From Chlorokybus atmophyticus (taxonomy: Eukaryota; Plantae; Mesostigma and Chlorokybus algae): a stretch of DNA of 64,000 nt. Location: contig RHPI01001116.1 of NCBI GenBank assembly GCA_009103225.1, forward strand, positions 255,380 to 319,379, read 5' to 3'. The notes under the pieces are model-generated. The model was not told where the DNA came from, made no database searches, and saw only the letters and a list, made by a program, of their open reading frames with translations. A program made the position numbers and the translations under genes. Below, piece after piece: positions 1-11,575 of this stretch (within the stretch, counting starts at the first letter, position 1; each line of letters starts with the position of its first letter).

Positions 1-755
1 AACTTGGATCAAGAATGCCTGAGGGTTCGTACCCTGATGGATTGCTGGATTTCCTCTGCCAACTTTTCGAGTGTAGCCTTGTCCTCCCTCCCTCCCTTAT
101 TGCTGAGCACGCGCATCATTCGGCACAGAGCACCGTTCCAGTGCTGTGCGATTTTCGTGGGCTTGGTCTCTCCCATGCCAGGTTGGCCGTTTGCATTACG
201 GTGACCAGCGTGCACGTTGTTCATACAGTAAAGGCAGCCCCATATAAACTGCGGCGCTGTGGACGACCTCCTTCGAGCCATGGTGTACTGCCTGGGACTG
301 TCCACCGTGCCAAGAGACTGTCGACGCCTACTCAACAGCACCCTGAACCAAACCCTTCACCCCCAATCTTTGCTCAACAACAACAACAACCATGCCAAAG
401 GTCTTGCAACGCTTGTGTACGCCGCCAACCCACAGACAGCCGTCAATTCCTAGGCGAGTTCAACCCTAATTTATCGACAGCCGCGTCGCTTTTTTGGCGA
501 GTTGCATTGTTGCGCTACTTGTGCGGCTTGTGTGGCTTGTGCGAACTCACAACGCTTGTGCGGCTTATGCGGTTGTTTATGTAAGGCACTGGTCCGACAG
601 TCCCTGTTGACAGTCGACAGCTTGGGTTGCTCACTTGCTGTGGTGCCAGGACACTTGCACTTCTGCTGTGCTGTTTGCCAGTTGATTTCAGCTGTTGAAA
701 GGTGAGCAGGTTGCTTGCAAGCTTGGATGCTTGCTTGCTTGCATGACAGTCTCTG

Positions 756-2037
756 TTGACAGTCGACAGCTTGGGTTGCCTCAAGTGTGAAGTCAAACTG
801 TTTGCTCTAAGTTCAGTTGTTTGTTCAGGCAGTCCAGCTGACACCATGACCACTGGGGAGGCAAGACAAATGCCCACTGCAGCTGATTGCTTCAGAGCAA
901 AGGGGAACCACTTGCTGGGCCAAGTGACGGGCTCGCAGTTCCTGATGAAACCAGAGTTCAAGCATATGCGCACAACGCATATCAACAACCTGGCGAAGCT
1001 GAAAAAAGAGATGCTGAGCAAGTGGCCACCACCTCAAGGCATGAAAGGCACAGACTTCAAGCAGAACGCCCAGCACCGGCAGGAGCTGGACGATGTCTGC
1101 GAGACTGTATTGCAGGCGTCAGAGCCACTGGTCTTTGACACAGACCACACCCTGAAATGGACCAAAGGCAAGCTGCTAGTAGAGTTGAGCTGTGTTGAAG
1201 CAAGCCTTCCAAGCAGCATGGCACCTTCTCCTCGGTTTTATTGTGTCTCCTTGCTTTCAGTTGTTGGTTGCTCAGTAACCAGTTGCGTTATGCTATGTTC
1301 CAAGATGTGACCTCCTTGCTGATGGCTACCAAAGGACTGTCGCTGCCATGTCTCATGTGCTTGTGTTTCTGCAGCACAAATCAAGAGTCATGTTCTCCAG
1401 CTACAGTACTCTGTTGGCGCGAAGCGCGGTAGTGATTACGGGCAAAGCTTGGAAGAACGCAATGCTACCAAGAAGCAAAGGCGATCCAGCGATAGGGAAG
1501 CTACCCAAGGCAGCCGCGCTACTGAAGCTGCTGCTGGCTGGGGCATGACTTTTTCGATTGGCAGGGACTTGAGGGCCAACCAGCAGGTGGTCATGCTTGC
1601 GCCTTTGACTGCTGAGCCTCTAACAGATGCTCAGTACCGGGCCACTTGGCTGAAAGAGAGGTAACTATTGTGCTGTCGGCTGTCGATCAAGTTCTACAGT
1701 CCTCACTGGTTTGCTTAGCTGTGCCTCCATGGCTGCGTACTGGATTCACACATGCTGCCTGCTGCCTGCTAACTCAGAATTCCTTAACAGGGGTGCGTAC
1801 GGGTTCGCTGAAGATCAGGTGTTTGACATTACCAACAACGCAGTAGTTGTTGGCGTCGCCACCATCAAATCCGTATGCGAGGCAGAACAACCAATGCGGA
1901 CGTACAATGTCTGTGTTACCCAGTGGATGCCAGTGAGAAGCGAGGATGGCAACCTTGGCATTCGCCTACCTGTGAAAGAGAGGCATTTTCTCTATTGCAA
2001 CGGGAGCAATAATAATAGGGGTATTATTGCTACCTGA
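756..2037 (+). CDS. Hypothetical spliced gene of unknown function, possibly transposon-borne; 5' structure uncertain
   Basis: A GT-AG intron at 1661-1790 joins ...YRATWLKE in frame to RGAYGFAEDQVFD...GIIAT* (stop 2037). The upstream ORF 756-1310 looks protein-like. No family recognised. Confidence 0.4.
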
Positions 2038-2460
2038 ATAACACATTTTGTATGAATAAGTATTTAATTATGCTTATTTATACCTCTTTTCTACGGTTCC
2101 TCGCTTATTAAAGGCTATGATGCTTTATCATAGCTTAAATAAGTCCCAATGGGTGTAGAAACGCTTATTTAAGCCTATTTAGTGTCACATTCGATATAAT
2201 GTGATTACTATCTCGTTAGGTACCTTACGATAGGTATCTTTGGATAGGTACCTTATCGATAGGTACCTTATCTGAGCTGTGATTGGCTCACGCTAGATTT
2301 CCTAACTACCCTATCTGTAGGGTCGATATCTAGTTGTGAGTTAATTATCGAGAGTTATATAGTTGATATACTCTTGATATAAAAGGTCACATCAATCTGA
2401 TGTGGGGACTTTCAGTTCTCTGCTCAGTGGCGGCCACGCCGTTGAAAGGCTTGTCATAGG

Positions 2461-2941
2461 CGGTGTGGGTGTTGGGGTAGAGGATTGAAGGGGCATCACC
2501 GGCGACGGTGGTGCTGTTACATCTATGGCCAGCTGGCAAGCAGCTGCCATGGTGGGCGTACTCTGGAGGTACATTGCTTGCTGTGGATATGCTCCTGCTG
2601 TGACTGTATGGTGCATGAGTGCAAGAACATTTTGTGTTAAACAACATGCAGGGCAGGGAGATGGAGTGGCCCATGATGTTCTTGGCCGGCGGAGGCATCT
2701 GTCCATGTGAGGCATGCGGCAACGACGATCGCATTGTGGTGCCGGGTTGCATCAAGGACATACTGCCTACGACCGCAGCTCGGCACAGCACAGACACAGA
2801 GGTCAGTAAGGGCTGTTGTCAGCGCATGGCATGACTCATTGGCACGCGTTTGCTCGCACACTCACAGTAGCACACATACCATCTCTTGCAACATCACGCA
2901 CAGTGTCCAACTATCTGTTGCTCACTGCCTCTCACAGACAC

Positions 2942-2988
<47 letters not shown>

Positions 2989-3636
2989 GCTTGTATGGCG
3001 TTACGTTATCCCGCGCGCTCGTGGTCCTCACAGTCACTTGACAGTCGCAGGCTGTCCCATATGGACAGTCGCCAATGCGCTCTATTGACGGATGTATGAC
3101 ATGTGCAGGCTGCTGGAGCCATCTCCGACTGTGAAGATCAAGCAGTTGCAATGGACTTGGATTTTGCAGCTGCAATTGTTTGCGACACCGAACCAAACGC
3201 CCCCACTAGAGAGCAGGCGATGGACGTGTACGAGTACTACCAGCACATTGAGCACGCGGTATTCACCAGTCGTCACCAGCTGCCATTCAAGGATTCTGAG
3301 CGAATGGAGTCTTATCCAGACGAGAGGATCTTGCGAGCAGTTGTCAGCTTTGCAGCAAAGAAAAAGTGGTTGGTGGCCAATGATGAGGTTGAAGGAGGGT
3401 GCGAGTGGCGATATGAATCTCGCAAACTACCAGGTATGCATATTGAACTGCAAGTCATTGACAGTCCTTGGGTAGTTGTCGAGGCGACTACACATTGCAG
3501 GGCTGTTGAGCGAGGGAAGGAAGAAAAAGCCATGGCAACCCAAGAAGCAGTGGATGCGACAGCCCTCGTCATCCTAGTAGGGTGGTTTACTGTGCTACAG
3601 TTGCATGTGTGTGTCAACACTGTATGTCTTGTGTAA
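2461..3636 (+). pseudogene. Hypothetical spliced ORF with Cys/His-rich N-terminus and no clean start codon
   Basis: Phase-0 GT-AG introns 2569-2651 and 2802-3108 join RCGCWGRGLKGHHRRRWC..TLE / GREMEWPMMF..CPCEAC..DTE / AAGAISDCEDQ.. in frame. An in-frame stop lies upstream with no ATG. Confidence 0.35.
2944..2986. repeat. (CA)n microsatellite, about 21 units
   Basis: Read directly; lies in the predicted intron 2802-3108. Confidence 0.95.
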
Positions 3637-4029
3637 GCACAGGTAGACTTACAGTTGTTTTGCAGACATTTGATGCACGAGTTGGCTGCAGGGGCTGTCC
3701 ACAGAGGCTGTCAAACAAGGGTGTCCCTGGCTCCTGAGGCTGTCGTTGGCTCCTGAGGCTGGGAGTCAGCACACAATGTGGAAAGATGGGAGTGGCTTCA
3801 CATGGGGTCCAGCTGCCCAGGCGAAGGTGCAACACAACAAAGCTGTTGTCAGCTGCGACTGTCAACAGCAGCGTGCAGTGCATGTAGGAGACTGTAGGTG
3901 TAGTACATGACGCTAGCTTAATACTGATGATCATGATCAGACTGTCCTTTGACAGTCCATTCCAGCATTTTTGTGAATTGTATGCGTGGCGGATTGTATG
4001 CACCAGGCATGGTGCATGAAACAGCACGC

Positions 4030-4600
4030 ACACCATGCATGGCTTCCATGCATGTGACATCATGACAGACCATGATTGGTGCACCAAATCAAGGTAGACC
4101 GCACCATGTATGGTGCGGTGCCTGGCAGGACCATACGTGGTGCCGCTTGTGGACCATGTATGCGCAACACCTTGTCGGTAGCCATGGACTATTCATGGTG
4201 CGACTGTCGACCAGACTGGCACCATATGTGGTCCATCGTGCAAGGAGGGCAGCGCACCATGATTGGTCCAGGCATTCTCAGTAACAAACATGACTTGCGG
4301 TCCGTATCCATGGACCATGTATGGTGCGACTGTCAGTCACCGGACATGAAGCAAGCAACAAACCATGGATGGTCCACTGTTCCAGGGGGCATCGCACCAT
4401 GCATGGTCCATAAATCTCATGCATACTGGCCACCATGCCTGGTGCGTCCCAAGGGACAATGGTACCATTCACGTGAAATTCGGACCATGCATGGTCCGAC
4501 TGTCCATGAAAGCCGGACCATACATGGTCTGTCAATTTCACTTAGCAGGGGAAAACCCCGGTCCTGCGTCACGGACCATTCATGGTCCTTGAACGTCAAT
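4030..4600. repeat. Array of imperfect palindromes, consensus about G(G/C)ACCATGYATGGT(C/G)C
   Basis: About 10 or more degenerate copies, including a perfect 20-bp palindrome TCGGACCATGCATGGTCCGA at 4480-4499. An outlier copy lies near 5368-5383. Confidence 0.85.
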
Positions 4601-6229
4601 CCGTGTGGAATGCGAAATAAATGGCTGGCCAGCGGTTGTAGGGGGTGAGCAGCATGCTGAGTTACTCAAGCTGGCCTGCAGGGAGTCATATTAGGCACTT
4701 AACAACTGTCAAAAAACCTGTGCTAGATGTGTTCAATGTTGCAAACAACCAGGCTTAAAAGCTAGCTAGTTTGAGCAAGGATGTTACCTGAGTAAGGGGT
4801 CTGCCTGCCCATCCACCTCCATGGGGGACGCGTTGTCATCATCGAGGCCATTATAAGCCAAAAGTTGAGACACTTCAGCTTCTCTATGGGCAAAAGCTTG
4901 CTCTCTTTTACTCAACTCCAAGTTCTTTTGGCGTATGAGACCTTGCGTTGACAACCAACTTGGAACGCTGCTTCCGCTTGCGCAAAGCTGCAAGGTTGAC
5001 TGCAAGTAGCTTGAGTCAAATAGACTGGTGGAGTCTTTTGGCGAAGTCAGCTGCTTTTCAATCAGCCGTGCTGGGTGTATGCGCAGTACTCACGAAACCA
5101 GCTGTTCTAAAGATTATCTTCTCCACCGCCGCCGAGAATGCAGCGCAAGCTTAAAACCCTAGCAAATGGACAGGGAACCATGCACAGTGCCTGCTACTCG
5201 TTTAGCATTGACGCACACGACCTTGGGAGCAAGGGACCAAGTGAGATGAGTCGTCGTGCCCAGGCAAGATACCAAATAATTTGGTCCAGGTTGTCATTGT
5301 ACCGCTCCAACCCGTTACGGGCCGTGGTCATGAGCCAGTGCTTGACAATTGTTAAGTGCTGATGCGGGACCATGCATGGTCTACGAGGGGCGCTTGCGAC
5401 CGTACGAGTGCAGCATGGTCCTGTTTGGGAGAACCATAATTGATTTGTACACGCGTGCTGTACCAGTTCTGCCCTGGCTCATAAGCCGCATGGCATGCGA
5501 CCAGCCTTGATCCAACTGCTCAGGCCGCAATCTGACCAGTGCTGTAGGGTAATGTGCCCAAACCTCGGACACTTTATACTAGTAAGGACACCCATCATGC
5601 AATTGGTGTCCGTTTGAGGTGTTTGATGGGGCAGCTGATAGCTCAGCTGGCTGGCTGTCAGCTAAGCGTGTCGGCTCATTTGTAGCCAATCACAGCAGTT
5701 CACACCGATTGGTCAAAGACCACTTGCTAAGGCAACCATTTGCAAGCAGGCTGTGCCCAACTTCGGACGGTTGGGAATAGCCTGCGTGATGTAAAGCCCT
5801 CGAGGTTGTGATTGTGCTGTGGCGGACAATCTTAGCGCAGTTGTTGTTTGGTGACTCCATGTAGGTGGTGGCGGCGGTGGCGCAGAGGTGGCGATGCCTG
5901 GACCTGGCGGAGGCGGCGCTTGTGCATGCATGTGTAAGTGTGTGATGCAACTGAGTTGGGCTTGTTGCTTGCTGCTGCTTGTTGCTTGCCACTAAGTTGT
6001 GCTTGTTGGATGGTGACTGTGAGTGTTTATGCATGTACTCAGTGAGCTTGTGTGCATGCACTCAGTGTGTTGTGATGCGGAGGTAGTGTGCATGGAAGGT
6101 GTGTGCAAAAATAGGGTTGTATGTACAAGTATATTCCAGCAACTATCATACAGCAAGCAAGTATCTATGCTTGCAGGAAGCTAGTACAAGATCTTGGCGA
6201 GGCGAAAGCCGCCCCGCTTGTTAGCCCAC

Positions 6230-7462
6230 TGTTACGACGCGCGTGAGGAAATCACACCAAAAACTATGTACAGTGATCACACACTTTTACTTGTAGTTAC
6301 TGTACACTCCCTTAATCACCTTTCGTTGAATGAACAACTACTTGGTACATTAAGGGTTATGGTCACCTAGCTTAGGTACCCCTACCTTAGTCCCAAAGGC
6401 CCAAAGCTCAGGTCGCGCGGCGGCTACCCTCCACCCGCGACTGGCTCTTTTGTTTTGGCGAACTCTATCGCCGTGAGCTTTACTAGGAACTATCTTGGCT
6501 AGGACCTACTTGGTCCAAAGCCCTCTACCAGATCCCCATTCACCCACCCAAGTAATTGCTTTTGTTCACCCGGCATTAGTTCACTGGCATTCTGCAAAGT
6601 GACCAACAATGTGAATCCGCGATTTTTGTGCCTGCGGCCATAGTAGGCGGCGCTGCCATAGCGCTGCGTACTGGCACACGCGGGAGGGGGCCGATGCCTT
6701 AGCCGATTTTCTGTCGCGACGTCGCGTTGCGAAGTGATATAATAGTTGATTCACTAGTGAATCAACCTTAGTTCACTACCTTATCGGCATTGTGAATCAC
6801 TCCATTAATGAACTAACTTAGTTCACCAGTGATTCACTTTTGGCTCTCTCTTCTATTAGTCCCCTCATATTAGGGTGATTCACTTAGTTCACTTACGAAC
6901 CCCTAGTGAACTACTTTAGCTCATGTTCGTAACTGAACCAGTGAACTAATTTAGTGCACTATGTTGATTCACTTCTCAGGTGAATCAACCCCTTCATGAA
7001 CTCATCTCGCGAAGTCCTTTTTGTTCACCCTAGGTAGGCTACTTCGATCTAGTCAACTGATCCAAATAAGCCGCCTTGGATTGGCCTAAGTAAACCTTAT
7101 AATTACACATGCTTTTTCCTATGATGTTTCATGCAATTGACCCCATAAGCCCACATCGCGTTAATCAATCGAACTAAAGCTGTGTACTTTTATCTTCCTA
7201 CTCAAGACGCCCATACATACATCAATAGGGTAATTCCTAGTCAACCACTTCTAATTGTATGCATTTTCAAATGCTCTAACTAGCCAGGCCTATAATTAGC
7301 GATGCATTGCACTCGTGTTAAAGCTTAAACACAAACACACGCATTCAAAGCTTGTATAACAAACCAAGATAATCCAACCAAGGTTTATTTAACTTTTGTC
7401 TCTCGCTGATTAAACTTATATATACATTGTACATGACCAGCTATAGTAGCTAGGCCGTAACA
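6230..7462. mobile_element. Solo LTR of an LTR retrotransposon, 1233 bp, nested in pogo copy 1
   Basis: Starts TGTTACG and ends CGTAACA (7-bp inverted termini, TG...CA). Perfect 5-bp TSD CCCAC at 6225-6229 and 7463-7467. AT-rich and non-coding. Confidence 0.88.
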
Positions 7463-7495
7463 CCCACGCCCTGTGTTGGGCCTTGGCTTGGGTGT

Positions 7496-9828
7496 CTAGT
7501 ACCTTGCTCCCTCCAGCTTTGCAAGTGAGCACATCCACCACCTCGGTCTCCCATGGTTCTGGCTAGCAATTGCATCATCTTCTGTGTCATTGCTCACAAC
7601 GTCTGCCTTCTGCAGAGACTTGGCGAGCTTGGCAGCCTCCATCTCGCGCTTGGCCAGCTCCTTCCTGATCTCCTTGGCCTTGGTGGCAGCCTCCTTGGCT
7701 TCCTTCTTGATCATGAGCATCTCCTCCCTCTCTACTGCCTTGGCAACCTTTTCTGCTGCAGCCTCGAGCCTCTTCTGCGCCATATTTGCCTTTCTTGTGA
7801 TGCGTGCTTGTGTTAGGCGTTCCTTCTCCTCAGCAACTGCTCTCAGATTCTGGATGATCTCCGGGCTGGTGAGGATGGTGGCATGTCGCGTGTATGTGCG
7901 GGTTGCTTGGGGCAGCTGACCATGGCCGGGCAACACCTCTTCGGTGCCAAGATCTTCTTCTCAAAAGTCAGGTACATTCTGTGCACATTGCACAAGTTCT
8001 GGCTCTGGCTTTGGCTCCTGCTCCTCTTCCTACCCATACTCATGTGTAAACAATGCCTCCAGTAGGACAGGGCTAATGGTGCCTGGCTCTGGTTGCTGCA
8101 CAGCTTCTGCCCCAGGCGCATGAAGGCGATCGTCAAATGCATGTGCGTCCACTGGCCACAACCCTGCAAGGTTACAACTTGTCTTACTGTATGCATTATC
8201 TCTTGCACTTGTCCGTGCAACTGATGCATGTATTGCGTGCATGTCACTATCAGGAATCTAACATGTGCATGTTGCTTGCAGCGTACCTGTTTTGCGAAAG
8301 CCGTTAATGCTGTTCTTTGGGGACATGGCTGAAAGGAAAGGGGTGGCAGTGAGTTGTATGAACATCTTCTTGCACATCTTGAGGTTCGGGTTGGCGGACA
8401 TGACGCGCATGTACTGTTGTTTGTATGTCTGCTTGAAGCTCCGAAAGCAGGAGACGTCCAAGACCTGCAACAATAGAACAGGTGTGTGAGGCCTATGCAC
8501 AAAAGCACTCATGTATGTGTGTGTAACACTGCAACTAACTCGGTGCTTGTGTGCAAGGTGTATGCATACCTGCATGAGGTGTGTCAAGTGCGGAGGGAAG
8601 GTCAAGATGTTCACCGTCGCTGAGGGCAGCTCCCAACATGTCGGGGTCGAACCTGAACGAATGGCCATCCACAAGCAGCAGGCATGGGTTGTCTGCGGTA
8701 GCCCCACTAAGTATATTCGGCATAAACTGGGTCATCCATTGCCTGAAAATTTGAGTCGTCATGTACGCATTCTCCTGCACAACATGCACTGAGTTAGCAA
8801 CTGTGTGCAGCATGCTGGCAACCACTTCACACCTGCATGGCCAGCCCGCTTCCAGGGGGGGCATCCTCCAACCAGTCGTTTGTCACACGCTTGCCTTTGC
8901 AGATGTGGAGAGGGGGCATATGTGCACCTGCTACGTTCACACATGCCATAATGCTCATGTGCTCTCGGTTCCCCGAGTCTAAGGTAGGGGTTGCGGAAGC
9001 CTCTGGGCGCAACCACCTTGACAGTGCCCAGGTTGTCCGGTTCGAGACCTGTCTTATCCGCATTCCAAATGCGGGAAGGGGTGAGGCGCAGGTCATACAC
9101 CAACCGTTCATACAAAACAAATAAGGAGGACACAGCTTCAGGGGTGGCCCACTGCCAGCGACGCCTGTCCAGCCCTTGCCACTCTCATACTGAGGTTGTG
9201 TCTGGACAGGAACATACGGCACCACTTCCTGCTCGGGATCTTAAACTCTCCAAACCTCCTCAGCTTCTCCTCGTTGCCCTCCAGCAGGGCTATCACCTGT
9301 ATGCTGAAAGTCTTTTGTTGCAACTGTCATACATGCATACATGACACTCACCCTATGTTGCAGTGCAGACACTGTGACGGCGTTGGCGTGCCGGCACATG
9401 TCAACAACCCAAGTCACTAACTGTTCTTCTTCACTCTTGGACAGGATTGGAATGCGCCCCCGAGAGCGGGGGTCTTTGAACTTGTTTGGGTTGCGGAAGT
9501 AGTCACTGAGAGTGCTCCGGGGTACACCAATGTCGTCTGCAGCCTCACGCAGTCCTCTCTCACCAGCGCGCACCAGTTCATACGCAGCCATCATCTTCTC
9601 CAACAATGTAGAGTTGCGGGAGTACATAGTATATTTCAGCCCTTGTGCCTTCATCAGGGAGCGTCCTTGGTGCTGAGTTTGCGCGCTGTACTCTTGCCTT
9701 TGGCTGGTGCAGCTGGTGTAAAAGGCTGCTTGCGCTTGCCCTTGGCCTGAGGGGTGCGGTCCTTGGGGGCCTGCCAAAAAAACCCAGAATGATGAGAATT
9801 GATAAGTGCAGCAGTCATTGCTGTCCAA
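7496..9828 (-). pseudogene. pogo-family DDE_1 transposase pseudogene (HTH-psq + CENP-B-type HTH + DDE + coiled tail), intron-containing
   Basis: Motifs LREAADDIGVPRSTL, PSRKWCRMFLSRH, IWNADKTG, REHMSIMACV, ENAYMT, LLVDGH and VLDVSCF are spread over several frames. There is a premature stop (VGHP*) and frameshifts, for example between ALSDG and VNILTFPPHLTH. Confidence 0.85.
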
Positions 9829-11241
9829 CCCTCTCTGATTGGTCAGTTAGCAAGCCAGTAAGGCAGTGTGTAGCTTTACTTGTATAGTCTCAAGACAGCA
9901 ATAGTACGCATGCAAACAATCAACTCACCCCACTGTTGCCCGTCATATCACTGTCTTGAGTGCTTCAACTCTCTTGGCTGCGCCTTGCACGCGTAGACAC
10001 CATAGTGGCAACTCGAGCAACACCACCAACAAGATGCACATGCACATTGCAGCCTTGTGTTGCAGCTTATATTGACCCACATACGTCAACTAGTAACAAG
10101 GTTAACCATTCCCCACCCTTTACACGCGATTTCAACATGAATAGCACAAAGTGCATTTTTCATCTAATGCGTAACGATATGTGTGGTTTGGCTTTATGGG
10201 CCATAACTTCATGCCTAGGCGGCCTAATAATGTGATGTAAGATGTATAGTAAACTACATTCAATCACCTACCCAATGCAAACCACCGCTCCGCCAAAGCT
10301 GCTCTCATGGCTTATTGGCGAGGAATCAAAGTTAACACTACACACACGCGCCAACTGCAACATTCCAAGCAGTTTGTATTTTGGCGCCCGAAACGCTAAC
10401 CATTGAGCGTCTCGAGCTGGTGGTGTGCTCCTTGTGACCAATGAGAACACACTACCAAGTCTTGGCCCAATTGGCCGCGGCATACAACATCTACAGCCCA
10501 AAACTACCGGCCAAAGGCCAAGTGTCCGAAATCCGAAAATGTCCGAAGTTAGGACACATTACCCTACCGGTCTACAAGCCACAGGACACGTGACCAGCCC
10601 TGATCCGGTCATCAGACCACACCGACGGGCTCCGGGGCTGGACCACTGGTGGTCCGATTACGCCAAATTAGTTGTGGCACTGGTACGCTGAGCCGTGCCA
10701 GACATGGTCTGAACGCCGCCTTCGACTGGTCCGCGCGTAAAAAGCCATGTGAACTTAACAAGTTGTATGCAATATATGTGATATATGTCGCCTGCCCAAC
10801 TTGCAGATTCAGTATGCAAATATCATTCATGCTAAAAATCAATAACTGTTATTATAAGACATTTTGTTCAAAGCAATGTGTGAGTGTATTATTTTCATGC
10901 AAAGCTAATGTATAATAGCGTCATTTAATATAATGAATATTTAGGGGACTGAATACAAAACCTGACGATGATAGTTGGCCCCCGTTTATTACACAATAAA
11001 AGCAATGGTAGAGCCTTCCGCTTCAGTGAACACTCTTGCTTTTTTCAAAACATCGCGGCGCCGTGCAGCCCGCTTGATATCATTAGCATCAATTGTGATG
11101 CTACTCTGTCAGCGCTAGGAGGAGCACGGATGTGTGATACTTAGGCGGCACAAGACAGATGCGCCACGAATACCGCCCTTGCAAGCTAAACTTTGCATAC
11201 CCTACAAACAGAGCATCTAATGCAAGGACATGAGAGAGTCC

Positions 11242-11298
11242 AATTTGCGACAGTACTCCGTGCCAATGGCTAAGCGACACGGAGTACTGTCGCAAATT
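11242..11298. repeat. Perfect 21-bp inverted repeat with a 15-nt loop
   Basis: AATTTGCGACAGTACTCCGTG (11242-11262) and CACGGAGTACTGTCGCAAATT (11278-11298). Confidence 0.95.
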
Positions 11299-11451
11299 AA
11301 ACCGTGCCCAAGATGCCGCATGCCACTCAAATGCGGTGCTGTCATGAACTCTTGCAGATGCTTGAGCGGGTTGAACTTGACTGCGGCTTCAAACTCACTC
11401 CCAAGCAAGCGCTTCAAAGAACCTATTGCTCCGGGCCAATATTCTGCTATG

Positions 11452-11575
11452 GGGCTTGACACTATCCTTCATATCTTTTAAATCTTGTATAACCTTGGGC
11501 CAGCCCTATCCTATAGGCTTGATACTGTCTTTCATATCTTTCATATTGTGTTGAACCTTGGGCTAACCCTTGGCC
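11452..11575. repeat. Diverged tandem duplication, two units of about 65 bp
   Basis: GGCTTGAcACTaTCcTTCATATCTTT...AACCTTGGGC occurs twice in tandem. Confidence 0.7.

Larger units (their letters stand above)
5547..10564 (-). mobile_element. pogo/Fot-like (Tc1/mariner superfamily) DNA transposon, copy 1, degraded
   Basis: Left TIR GGGTAATGTGCCCAAACCTCGGACA (5547-5571) and right TIR TGTCCGAAGTTAGGACACATTACCC (10540-10564) match at 22/25. TA flanks both ends (5545-46, 10565-66). A DDE_1 transposase lies inside. Confidence 0.9.

Noticed and set aside
4030-4600. CRISPR array, or the 190-aa ORF 4076-4648 as a protein
   Set aside because: Repeats are degenerate with irregular spacing, there are no cas genes and the context is eukaryotic. 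The ORF is a by-product of the DNA repeats.
5381-5572. ORF MSEVWAHYP... as a real gene start
   Set aside because: Its first codons lie inside the pogo TIR.
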